Shown here: one piece after another, positions 47,040 to 58,700 of the stretch
Layout: each line of letters starts with the position of its first letter
Numbering within the stretch: position 1 is the stretch's first letter
Assembly: GCF_964213995.1 (NCBI RefSeq)
Contig: NC_135830.1
Coordinates: 6,758,001-6,822,000 of the forward strand
Direction: 5' to 3'
DNA from: Mustelus asterias
Taxonomy: Eukaryota
Length of the DNA stretch: 64,000 bases
Translations under genes and position numbers: made by a program
The notes under the pieces: model-generated
Seen by the model: the letters and a program-made list of their open reading frames with translations, nothing else
Told to the model about the DNA's origin: nothing
Database searches by the model: none

Positions 47040-48830
47040 TCCCTTTAGGTTTTATAGTAACCAATCATTTCTGTAGCGTATTGGTCATCACGCTCCCCTT
47101 ACACGCGAAAAGTCACTGGTTTGCAACCGATTGGAAATATAGAACTGCGATGTTTGCAGGATTCAAGTTTGTTTCTGAACATTATCAGAATCTTGATGTT
47201 ACAGCCATATTATATTTGCCGTGACCTCGGCCCCAAATGCTTTCAGCAAATTCAGAAATGCTGCATTTTAAGACGTCATGAGGAATGAAATGTTCCTATT
47301 TTGATAAGATGCACATGTTGGCAATTCGTTCAGTGGACAACAGAATTCAATGGGTTTATAGGTGCAGACTAACATGTCTGCACCTATAAACCTATAATCA
47401 CCATCTGAAACATATCTAATAGAATTGTGTGCTAATAAAACGGACACAAGTGATACTGTAACTGAACTAGAGGAAATGGCAACATTGCGCAGAACAATCT
47501 TTTAACATCGTTCATCATAATAGAGAAGTAGCAAAAAAACACTCAGGCAGATGACGAAATCGAGACTCAGTGCGATCTGCTGGACTTCCCTATAGATGAA
47601 CAGGATTTAGGCGCCAGAATGTTTCACACCCAGAATAAAAGGGGATCAGGTATAACTAATAGATCATTCTTAAACTTCTTCCCTTTTAAGATATTTGACT
47701 TTGTTTAATAGCTGCCTGTGCTCAATCTGAAATAAACACCATGGGATCCGTATCACCCAGCGACTCGATTTCTTTTCACACACAAAAACAGAAAATGCTG
47801 GAAAACCTCAGCAGGTCTGACAGCGTCTGTGGGGAGAGAATAGAGCCAACGTTTCGAGTCTAATAGATGACGCGTCGTCAGATAACTTTTGTTAACTGAG
47901 GCAAAATGCAGAAACTCCTTCTTCAAATTTGGATTGGACAATGACTTCACACGGTGAAAAATCAGCTTCATGGAATGAAAGGAGGAAATACGTTCTGACG
48001 AAGGGTCATCTGGACTCAAAACTTTGGCTCCATTCTCTCCCTACAGATGCTGGCAGTCCTGCTGGGATTTTGCGGCATTTGTTGTTTTTGTTTCAGATTC
48101 CAGCATCCGCAGTGTTTTGCTTTAAACTCGATTTCTTTTGTTGGTCAGTCATGTTTGCAATTCAATATTGTGTATTTCAGATAAGTTCAATTCACAATGA
48201 TGACAGTTATATTAATAAATGTACGGCCTTTAAATATTGACAGAATATGCGCAGTTTAGGTGGATTGGCCATGCTAAACTGCCCCTTAGGTTAGATAGAT
48301 CATCCAGAGGAAAGCTGTGGTGTTACGGGGATAGGATGTCAGAAGGTCGGTGCATACTCGTTGGGTCGAATCGCATTTTCTGCACGATAGGGATTCTATG
48401 ATTCTATGAAACATACACTGAGTAGAATTGGTTGATACTATTGGAAGGAAGGTGAGAATGATGCATCAATGATTGAGCATAAATCATTGCTCTCTTAGAC
48501 ATTTGCCAGATGAAAGATTTTAAATTTTGAAGTTCAAGATAAATTGAGACATCCGGTCGGAAGTAACGTTTGTCTTCCTGTATTCAGTGACATGGGCTGC
48601 CAGTCTCACCATTAGAACCTGCAACAACATAGTGGAGTTGAACATTGCAGACAGCCTGATTGCATGGGCTCAGCGATCAACTGCTTCAGTATAGTGGTTA
48701 TCATGTTCGCCTAACACGCGAAAAGCCCCTAGTTCTAAAACCAGGAAGAAAAATCAATTGTTTCTCGCTCAGTTTGAGGGACGTTTGTAGAATTTAAATT
48801 TCTTGCCCAATCTTAATAGCTCCCAGGGCT
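47040..48830 (+). repeat. Inverted, diverged copy of the tRNA-Val repeat unit
   Basis: Reverse complements of unit blocks (GGGTTTATAGGTGCAGACTAA, AAATCATTGCTCTCTTAGACATTTGCCAGA). Val pseudogenes at 47067-47139 (TAC) and ~48682-48752 (AAC). Confidence 0.88.
47777..48125. mobile_element. Non-coding element with inverted hammerhead-like arms and a 14-bp TSD
   Basis: ACTCGATTTCTTTT at 47763-47776 and 48126-48139. CTGACGA...GAAAC motifs on opposite strands at 47845-47886 and 47991-48030. Confidence 0.8.
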
Positions 48831-48904
48831 ATTTATTTTCACTGACATGGCCTCAAAATTCATTCATTAAAATTAGAAGTGCTGAATATTCATGGCACAA
48901 TGAG

Positions 48905-49711
48905 AAGAAACTGTGAGGTAATGCATTTTGGAAGGTCTAATACAAATAGGAAATATACAGTAAATGGCAGAACCCTTAAGAGTATTGATAGTCAGAGAGG
49001 TCTGGGTGTACAGGTACACACGTCACTGAAAGTGGCAACGCAGGTGGAGAAGGTAGTCAAGAAGGCATACGGCATGCTTGCCTGCATCTGCCGGGGCTTT
49101 GAGCTTAAATATTCTCAATTAAGTATTGCAGCTTTATAGAACTTTAGTTAGGCCGCACTTGGAATATAATGTTCAATCCTGGTCGCCACATTGCTGGAAG
49201 GATGTGCAGGCTTTAGAGAGGGTAGAGAAAAGATTTACCAGGATGTTGCCTGGTATGGAGCGCATTAGCTGTGGGGAGGGGTTGGAGAAACTTGGTTTGT
49301 TCTCACTGGAATGACGGAGGTTGATGAGTGACCCGATAGAAGTCTACAAGATTATGAGGGGCATGGACAGAGTGGATACTCAGAAGCTATTTCCCAGGGT
49401 GGAAGAGTCAATTACTAGGGGACATAGGTTTATGCTGTGGGCGGAAAGGTTTAAAGGCGATGTCCGAGGCAATTTTTTTCACAGAGGGTGGTGGGTGCCT
49501 GGAACCCGCTGCTCGGGGAGGCAGTGGAAGCAAATACGATAGCGACTTTTAAGGGGCGTCTTGACAAATACATGATTAGGATGGGAACAGACGGTTATGG
49601 TACCTGGAAGCATAGGGGGCTTTAGTTCTTTCGGGCAGTGTGGTCGGTGCTGGCTTGGAGGGCGGAAGGGCCTGTTTCTGTGCTGTAATTTTCTTTGTTC
49701 TTTGTTCTTTC
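48905..49711 (+). mobile_element. 5'-truncated CR1
   Basis: Broken RT C-terminal ORFs at 48879-49542 and a TGTTCTT tail. Confidence 0.9.
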
Positions 49712-50598
49712 TAAAATGATGTTCCTATTTTCACATCGTGCATATACAGTAATTCCTTCTTTCAACAATAATGATTTTATAGACGGAGATAACAAAGTTA
49801 ATTTCAATCTAAAACATGTAGAACAGTAGCGTGTGCTCAAAGGGAGAGACACACTTGATGTTGTAACTGAACGAGAGGAAATGACAGGGGATCCACCTTT
49901 TCAAAAAAGGTGCCTTCATAATGGAGAAATGGGGAAAAATATTCAAGACGAGGAATTCGAGATGAAGTGCGGATCTGCCGCTGCCCCTCTTTTCTGATAC
50001 GTTCCTTTGACCCCTGATCAAATTTGCAACGCATCAAACATTCTGGCACATTGATACTCACGGCCCAGCAACTGGTATCATTCAAACCGGACCGAATATG
50101 AAGTGGAACACGGCAAAAACTGGAAACCTGAAATAAAAACAGAAAATGCTGCGTTATTTCAGTAGGCCTGGCAGCATCTATGGTGAGGGAAACAGCGTTC
50201 ATGTTTCAAGTTCTGGGGGGAGACGGTCGACGCGGACACGATGGCCGATGGGCCGAACGGCCTCTCCCGTACTGTAAAACTCTGTGTCTCTCTGAATCGT
50301 TTTCGGAGCTGGCCAGCAAAAACTAACTCCGCCACCTGCGCCACAAACAAATCAAAACACCTATTTTCGACAAAACGAAGCAAAGGGGTTGCCTACGATT
50401 TGAATGGGGGAACCTCTCGCGTGCCCACCAGTTGAAACATCCGAAGCGGGAATAATATTCCTGGAGTTACGACCCGACACATGAACATTGTTGACCGGAA
50501 TATAACACATTTGTTTCAATTCAAAGAAGCCCAACCATCTCTGGTAAAAGCTGAAATTGTTGAAAAGGCTCAGCACACAATATTTGCGGGCTGAATGA

Positions 50599-51768
50599 TC
50601 ATAGAAGCATAGAACCATAGAAAATTACAGCTCAGAAACAGGCCTTTTGGCCCTTCTTGTCTGTGCCGAACTATTTTTTGCCTAGTCCCACTGACCTGCA
50701 CTTGGACCATATCCCTCCACACCCCTCTCATCCATGAAACCGTCCAAGTTTTTCTTAAATGTTAAAAATGACCCCGCATTTACCACTTTATCCGGCAGCT
50801 CATTCCACACTCCCACCACTCTCTGCGTGAAGAAGCCCCCCCTAATATTCCCTTTAAACTTTTCTCCTTTCACCCTTAACCCATGCCCTCTGGTTTTTTT
50901 CTCCCCTAGCCTCAGCGGGAAAAGCCTGCTTGCATTCACTCTATCTATACCCATCAAAATCTTATACACCTCTATCAAATCTCCCCTCAATCTTCTACGC
51001 TCCAGGGAATAAAGTCCCAACCTATTCAATCTCTCTCTGTAACTCAGCTTCTCAAGTCCCGGCAACATCCTTGTGAACCTTCTCTGCACTCTTTCAATCT
51101 TATTTACATCCTTCCTGTAACTAGGTGACCAAAACTGTACACAATACTCCACATTCGGCCTCACCAATGCCTTATATAACCTTACCAAAACACTCCAACT
51201 TTTATACTCGATACTCCGATTTATAAAGGCGAATGTACCAAAGGCACTCTTTACGAACCTATCCACCTGTGACGTCACTTTTAGGGAATTCTGTACCTGT
51301 ATTCCCAGATCCCTCCGTTTAACTGCACTCTTCAGAGTCCTACCATTTACCCTGTACGTTCTACTTTGGTTTGTCCTTCCAAAGTGCAATATCTCACACT
51401 TGTCTGCGTTAAATTCCATTTGCCATTTTTCAGCCCATTTTTCTAGTTGGTCCAAATCCCTCTGCAAGCTTTGGAAACCTTCCTCACTGTCCACTACACC
51501 TCCAATCTTTATATCATCAGCAAACTTGCTGATCCAATTTACCACATTATCATCCAGATCATTGATATAGATGGCAAACAACAATGGACCCAACACTGAT
51601 CCCTGCGGCACACCACTAGTAACAGGCCTCCACTCAGAGAAGCAATCGTCCACAACCACTCTCTGGCTTCTTCCATTGAGCCAGTGTCTTATCCAATTTA
51701 CTACCTCCCCATGTATACCTAGCGACTGAACCTTCCTAACTAACCTCCCATGAGGGACCTTGTCAAAG
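50599..51768 (-). mobile_element. 5'-truncated CR1 with open RT frame
   Basis: ORF 50682-51659 contains SGVPQGSVLGP and FADD. (TTCTATG)-type tail. Confidence 0.95.
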
Positions 51769-52959
51769 GAAACTATCCGTCCAATGTTGCTTACTGGACT
51801 GTTTGGAACTGGGTACTTTTATGTGTTAAGTACACATATGAGCCATCACACCACACAAAGAATGCCGAGCGCCAAACTGAACGAACGAGCATGTCAACCT
51901 TTGTAACGTCATTGCACATCAGAACCATCTAAGAGAGGAACAGGAAAGCCTACACAGGGAAAGGGAGAAACCTAGTCTTCGTGCGGGTCTGGTGAATCCC
52001 CTCTTTTCTTATTCAATTCGGAATCAAGAGATTGGAAGGGGATTTAGCGCCTGAATATGAAAGATGCCATGAGAAAGAAGAGCAGGGGGTTCCTCCCGCT
52101 ATCCGCAGCAACGGGCTTAAATCTTAAATGCCTCTGAAACGGCGTGGTTCAGTTCAAGCGTAGTTTGCCATGGGCATCTTCGGTGATGAAGATAGTTTGG
52201 GGAAGTTGGGAATGTTTCCCTTGACGGAAAGGTGCAGAGGTAATCTGATAGAGGTATTCAAATTCATAAGGGTAGATAGAGCGGAACTGTTCTGTTTGCC
52301 GGAAATCTTTTGTATCAGACAGCCAATACACCTCATTGGCAAAAGAGGAGACATAACGAAAACCTTTTTTTACTCAGAGTGATTCAGATCTGTAATATTC
52401 TATTTGAGAGTGTGGTGGAGGCAGGTTCAATTCATCCTCGATTACTACCTGAAAAGTAACAAGAATGCTTGACTGTGGGTATGGAGTGTATTGGATTAAT
52501 TGCTCCTTTCGCGGGCCAGCACATACACGACAGTTCAAACGGTCTTCTTCTACATTATTCTATTCTTTGTTGACAGGGAGGCAATGGCATAGTGGTATTA
52601 TCACTGGGCTGGTTATTCTAAGATAATCCCCTTATAATGTTGTCGTCCATCAGTTTGAATCCCACAGAAGATCGTGAGATTCAAACATGCAATTAAAATT
52701 TGGAATTTAAAGTGAGTTGCTGTAATGTTGGCCTATTGTCCTGAAGAAAACATCCTAGCTGGTGCCCTGTATGGATGGAGAACTTCCATCTATTTCATGT
52801 GTGTCTCCAGGCGCACAAAAATACCATCTGAAATGGCCTAGAAACCTAATAAATTCATCGTAGATCCCATGAAGCAGCAAATCAATTTGACATTTTCGCA
52901 ACATCTGCAACAGCAAACTGTGTCCATTAGATGGCAGTGAAACTGATTGCTGACGTTAG

Positions 52960-54050
52960 ATGAAACAGAGATTGTCTCAATTATTACTGCAATGGACTCG
53001 GTGTCTGCCCACCTTTAATTAGACACAGTCTCTGTTTATATGACACGAAATCATATTTCTGATTATATGACAGCAGTTCTCAGTCGTTTCTGTACTCGGC
53101 AAAATCGTTATTATACTTAACCAACCCGCAATTGATGTGCGGCAGCATAGAATAAAATCTTAACTAATATCATAACACTCCATGTCTAACTTGTTACCTG
53201 ACTAGACCCTGTTTCTTCTGACGCTGCACCAGAGCATGTTACTGTTTGCATTACACGAGGCTCTGTCTCAGTTGTTACATTGCTGGAACCTGCCACATAT
53301 ACACTAAACTAGATCCCATCTCAATCATCGCTGCACCAGTCCATCTCCCTGTTTATAACAAAACACATCCTGTCTGTGTTACTATTGTGTTATGTCATGT
53401 TTATTTTATTGCTGCACCTGTCCCTGTCACAGCTGATATTAATCTAAGGCCTTGGTCTACAATTACTGCGCCAGGCTTTGTCTCAGTTTCTATGACAGAA
53501 TGTCTGGAATCGGATAAAATTACACCAGGCCCTGTGTCAGTTTAATTACGCTGGATCTCCTCTCCATTATTATTACGTTAGACCAGACCCCTCTTCACTG
53601 TCTAAAAATAGTGTCTCAATTATTACTGTACTCATCATTGCCTCACTTGTCATTCCACTGGGCGACATCTCAATTCATATCACATTATATCATGTCTCTG
53701 TTTATGTTCCGGTCGTGCCTATTTTAGTCTACGTTACACCAGAACCTGACTCAGTTTATATTACTGTAGAATCTGTCTTTATGTATATTAGAAAAGATCT
53801 TGCGTTTTCACATCTGTTTGCAACATCTCTCTATTTCTGTTACAGAAGACCACGCTCATTATTAATACCCTAGATCCACTCTCAGTAAGTACTAAACTGG
53901 ACCCTGTCCCTGTCCATATTAATATCGTTGCTGCACAATAATTGGTGCACTCGGCCTTGTCTCTGTATTACTGCAGAAAAGCCTGTCCCAGTTCATATTA
54001 AAATAGATCATGTCTATCAAGTATCACATCAGTTCTTGTCTTAAATATTT
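52960..54050 (+). repeat. Highly decayed minisatellite (~26-nt motif like CTGTCTCAGTTTATATTACACCAGACC)
   Basis: Recurring TGTCTCA.TT.TTAC and CCAGACC variants. Confidence 0.5.
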
Positions 54051-54763
54051 GACTGTTTATTTATTTTAAATGTTCTATTTTCTCAGAACCCTCTATGGAG
54101 AAAATTCACTTTTCTTTTCACATTTTCCTTTCAGTTGCCCCAATGATAAACTTCATACATCTGGGCGGAGAAGTGGCAGATGGACTTCGACCCAGATAAA
54201 TGCGTCGTGGTCCATTTTGTAGGACAAATGGGATGAAGGAGTACAAAATAAAGGGAAAGACTCTGAGTACGGTAGAGGATCAGAAGGAAATTGGGGTCCG
54301 GGTCCATAGGACTCTGAAATCGGCCCCGCAGGTGGGGGAGGTGGTTAAGAAGGCGTATGGTGTGCTGGCCTTTATCATTCGAGGGATTGAATTGAGGAGT
54401 CAGTAGATAATGATTCAGCTATATAAGACCCTCGTCAGACCCCACTTGGAGTACTGTGCTCAGTTCTGGTCGCCTCACTATAGGAAGGATGTGGAAAAGA
54501 TTGAAAGGGTGCAGAGGAGATTTACAAGGATGTTGCTCGGATTGAGTGGCATGCCTTATGAGGATATGCTGAGGGAGCTCGGTCTTTTCTCCTTGGAGAG
54601 ACGAAGGATGAGAGGAGACCTAATAGAGGTGTATAAGATGTTGAGAGGCATAGATCGGGTGGACTCTCAGAGGCTTTTTCCCAGGGTGGAAATGTCTGCT
54701 ACGAGAGGACACAGGTTTAAGGTGCTGGGGGGTAGGTACAGGGGAGATGTTAGGGGTAAGTTT

Positions 54764-55775
54764 CCTCAGAAGACAAACACGGGACACAGTGGACAGAGTA
54801 CCCTTCGTTGTCCAGTACTTCCCCGGAGCGGAGAAGCTACGGCATCTCCTCCGGAGCCTTCAACATGTCATTGATGAAGACGAACATCTCGCCAAGGCCA
54901 TCCCCACACCCCCACTTCTTGCCTTCAAACAACCGCACAACCTCAAACAGACCATTGTCCGCAGCAAACTACCCAGCCTTCAGGAGAACAGTGACCAAGA
55001 CACCACACAACCCTGCCACAGCAACCTCTGCAAGACGTGCCGGATCATCGACACAGATGCCATCATCTCACGTGAGAACACCATCCACCAGGTACACGGT
55101 ACATACTCTTGCAACTCGGCCAACGTTGTCTACCTGATACGCTGCAAGAAAGGATGTCCCGAGGCATGGTACATTGGGGAAACTATGCAGACGCTGCGAC
55201 ACCGGATGAATGAACACCGCTCGACAATCACCAGGCAAGACTGTTCTCTTCCTGTTGGGGAGCACTTCAGTGGTCACGGGCATTCGGCCTCTGATATTCG
55301 GGTAAGCGTTCTCCAAGGCGGCCTCCGCGACACACGACAGCGCAGAGTCGCTGAGCAGAAACTGATAGCCAAGTTCCGCACACACGCGGACGGCCTCAAC
55401 CGGGATATTGGGTTCATGTCACACTATTTGTAACGCCCACAGTTGCGTGGACCTGCAGAGTTTCACTGGCTGTCTTGTCTGGAGACAATACACATCTTTT
55501 TAGCCTGTCTTGATGCTCTCTCCACTCCCATTGTTTTGTTTCTTAAAGACTTGAATAGTTGTAAGTATTCACAATCCAACCATTATTCATGTAAATTGAG
55601 TCTGTGTCTTTATATGCTCTGTTTGTGAACAGAATTCCCACTCACCTGAAGAAGGGGCTTAGAGCTTCGAAAGCTTGTGTGGCTTTTGCTACCAAATAAA
55701 CCTGTTGGACTTTAACCTGGTGTTGTTAAACTTCTTACTGTGTTTACCCCAGTCCAACGCCGGCATCTCCACATC
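54764..55775 (+). mobile_element. 5'-truncated Penelope-like element (Cys-rich linker, GIY-YIG endonuclease, pLTR)
   Basis: Open frame to 55433 with C..CKTC, NVVYLIRC..C..WYIGET, R..EH and GLN. 8-bp TSD GTAAGTTT at 54756-54763 and 55776-55783. Confidence 0.93.
55641..55682 (+). ncRNA. Minimal type I hammerhead ribozyme-like motif
   Basis: CAC-CTGAAGA-A-GGGGC/GCTTC-GAAA-GC-TT-GTG. Stem I is CAC/GTG and helix III is the palindromic AGCT. Confidence 0.65.
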
Positions 55776-58700
55776 GTAAGTTTTTCACACAGAGGGTGGT
55801 GGGCGAGTGGAATCGGCTGCCATCAGGGGTGGTAGAGGCGAACTCAATAGGGTCTTTTAAGAGACTCCTGGATGAGTACATGGAGCTTAATAGGATGGAG
55901 GGTCATCGGTAGGTCTAGAAGGTAGGGATGTGTTCGGCACAACTTGTGGGCCGAAGGGCCTGTTTGTGCTGTAGTTTTTCTATGTTTCTATGTTTCTAAA
56001 TCTGGCTTCCGTGAATGTATGAAACTCCTAAACAGCTCATGTATTTGAATTGAAGTTTATGTGATGCCTTAATTATTGGCTGGTAATGGTTCTGTTATGT
56101 ATTCTTGTTTATTAAGTGCCGGATAAAGTCAGAGGTCATTTGGAAAATGGATTAAAACACATCACGAATGATAAGCATATTACTAGAAAATGATCATCTC
56201 TGCATCTCACACAATTCCCTGGTATAAACCTCGAAGGTGTGCTGATTTGTGCAAATTATGGCAAACATTAACCTGTCCCTATACCTGACAGGAGATGAAT
56301 ACACCTGCAATTCTCAGACTTCATAATCCAAGTAATGTAACGGATTGAAACTGCTGTTCTTCAGAGAATGTTCACTATTTCTCTTTCTATAGTTTTTAGC
56401 CGCTATCTTCACCAATTCCATGGTAATCGCCCTATTTTTTTTGACTGTACTTTCTGCAAGTTGTATGATCTAGAAAATCTAATGTAATATGAGTCAGAGC
56501 CAGGTGTATCATAAGGAGAGACCAGGCATTATGTATTAAATAGGGATATTGGTTGAAGAACATGGACTGTTCAAGAAGGCAGCTTATCAACACTTTCTCA
56601 AGGGCAATTAGGGACCTAAGCACACCATCCCACCAATGGTTAAAAATACAGCAGTCATGACAGGGACAGAATCTGGTCAAATATAGGCTGATGCGCTGAT
56701 GATACAAAGAAAACATTAATCGGCTGTGAGAGTAATATGAATCAAAATATGGACCAGATAGGAATGAGAGGGACAGGACCTGAAATAACATTAGAATAAA
56801 CAGTTAGTTGTGTGATCACTTTGTACAATATTAACTGGGAGGTATCAAATGCAACAATATTAGAGAAAGATTTTAAAAATTCCGAACTGAATGAGTAATG
56901 GTTTCCAAGAATTACCATGGAGAATTAAAGCATTGGAATGTGGATGACAGGGGCGCTATTATAGCAACGATTACAATCAATCTTAATGTATAACACGCAA
57001 TAAAATTAGCAAATCAATACTTAATTGAGTTTAAGAAATGCAGTGTTTGGTGTAATTTGAACAGAAACAATGTGCAGTATTTTACTCAACACATAACTGG
57101 GTCGATTCTGATGATGACTCAGTCAGTTTCTGCTGCACCCAGTCAAAGTTCTGTTTGAAATAATCGTGAGTGAGAGACAGCGCCTATTGATATGCTAACA
57201 AATGCTTTGTTTAATTCTTAATAATAGAGCCAAGTGCCATTGCAATATGGTCAGGAAAGAGTTAGTGCAATCATACTGACAGGGTCTAGTGTCAGGACAG
57301 CGACAACACAAACTTCTGGAAATACTCTGCGTCTCAGACAGGATCTGAGGAGAGAAACAGTGAACGTTTTAAACTAAATGGTGATGATGAATCAGTCTCC
57401 AAAACCCATAATGTAAGGGTGCAAAGGATAAGAATATGTGAAAAACAAACGTATTTTCCTTCTGCTGTGTGACGTGTTGAGTCTTTCTCAGCACATTACA
57501 TTTAGGTTTCAGATTTTCAGCGTCTGTGGGAGGTTACATTTGTAATTGTGCAATAGGAACTGGGAACAGACCAGATCGACACTGACTAACTGCAGTCACA
57601 CAGACTCCTTGGAATGATTTGGGTTCAAGTCTGAGTTCAGAGTATTGACCACATAATAAAGGCCAATGTTCACGATGATACTTTATATTCAATTTCTTTC
57701 TGTTTCTTTTATCTGTTATTTTCTTCGACTCAGAATGGGTGAGAGAGCTGAAGAAGAGAGAAACTCTCGACATTTCTCCTTCCAACGATGGACGCCTTCC
57801 TGTGATCTTATCACTCTTTTGACGTTTGGTACAGAAATGATGCTTGGACAATGATATAAACGAACCATCCAGATAGTCCTATTCTCGACAAGACATCAAA
57901 TTTAAACATCATCAAGTGTTTATCTAATTCAATTTAGAAAGTTACTGTCAAATCTGATTCCCTCACCCTTTCAGGCTGCTCATTCCAGTTCATGTCAACT
58001 CGTTGTGTAAAAGTAAACAATTATTCTTCTAACGTCATCTGTCTAATAACCTGTGCACACTGGTTAGCGACACTCCTGCCACTCACACCTTAATGATTTT
58101 GAAAACTTTAATTATATAGACTGACAGGGAGATGAAGAGAGATACCAGGAGAGATAGGAAAATTAAAATGAGAAATAGAGACAGGGTGCTGGCAGTTAAA
58201 AGCTGAGAACCATAAAAGAGAATGTAACAGAGAGAGAGAGAAATGATAGAAAAATGTGTAAATTAGCAAGATCTCATTTCTCGCCTCAGAGAACGAAGGG
58301 AGCTCAGTGACTGATCCACTGACCATGCAGTTATGTCCTGGAATGGAAGCTCTAAACAGATCACAACAGGCTAATCTGTAAATGTCACCCCAATGTGACC
58401 TATGTGACACTGCCGTGACTGAAGACAGATATAGGCCGCCTTGACAGATGTTCTCACCAGATTGTGGTCCATGGATTTATTTTTTTCTCAGAAGTGAGAT
58501 ATACGGTTTGCAACAGAGGAACAGGAAGATGTGTCACCTGGGAATGAAAGAGCCGTGGTCAGTTTGATGTTATCGCCGTGAACAGACTTCCTGCCTGTGA
58601 GGGTGAACTCACTCTGACAGCATCGAGAACAACGGCACAGAATGCTGCCGGTCTCAGCATTACATTCACCTCCATTCCCATTTCAATGTGTAAAAGAAAT

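Larger units (their letters stand above)
54155..55998 (+). mobile_element. CR1 3' fragment split by a Penelope-like insertion
   Basis: ORFs at 54200-54760. Resumes FFTQRVV at ~55781. (TTTCTATG)n tail. Confidence 0.92.
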
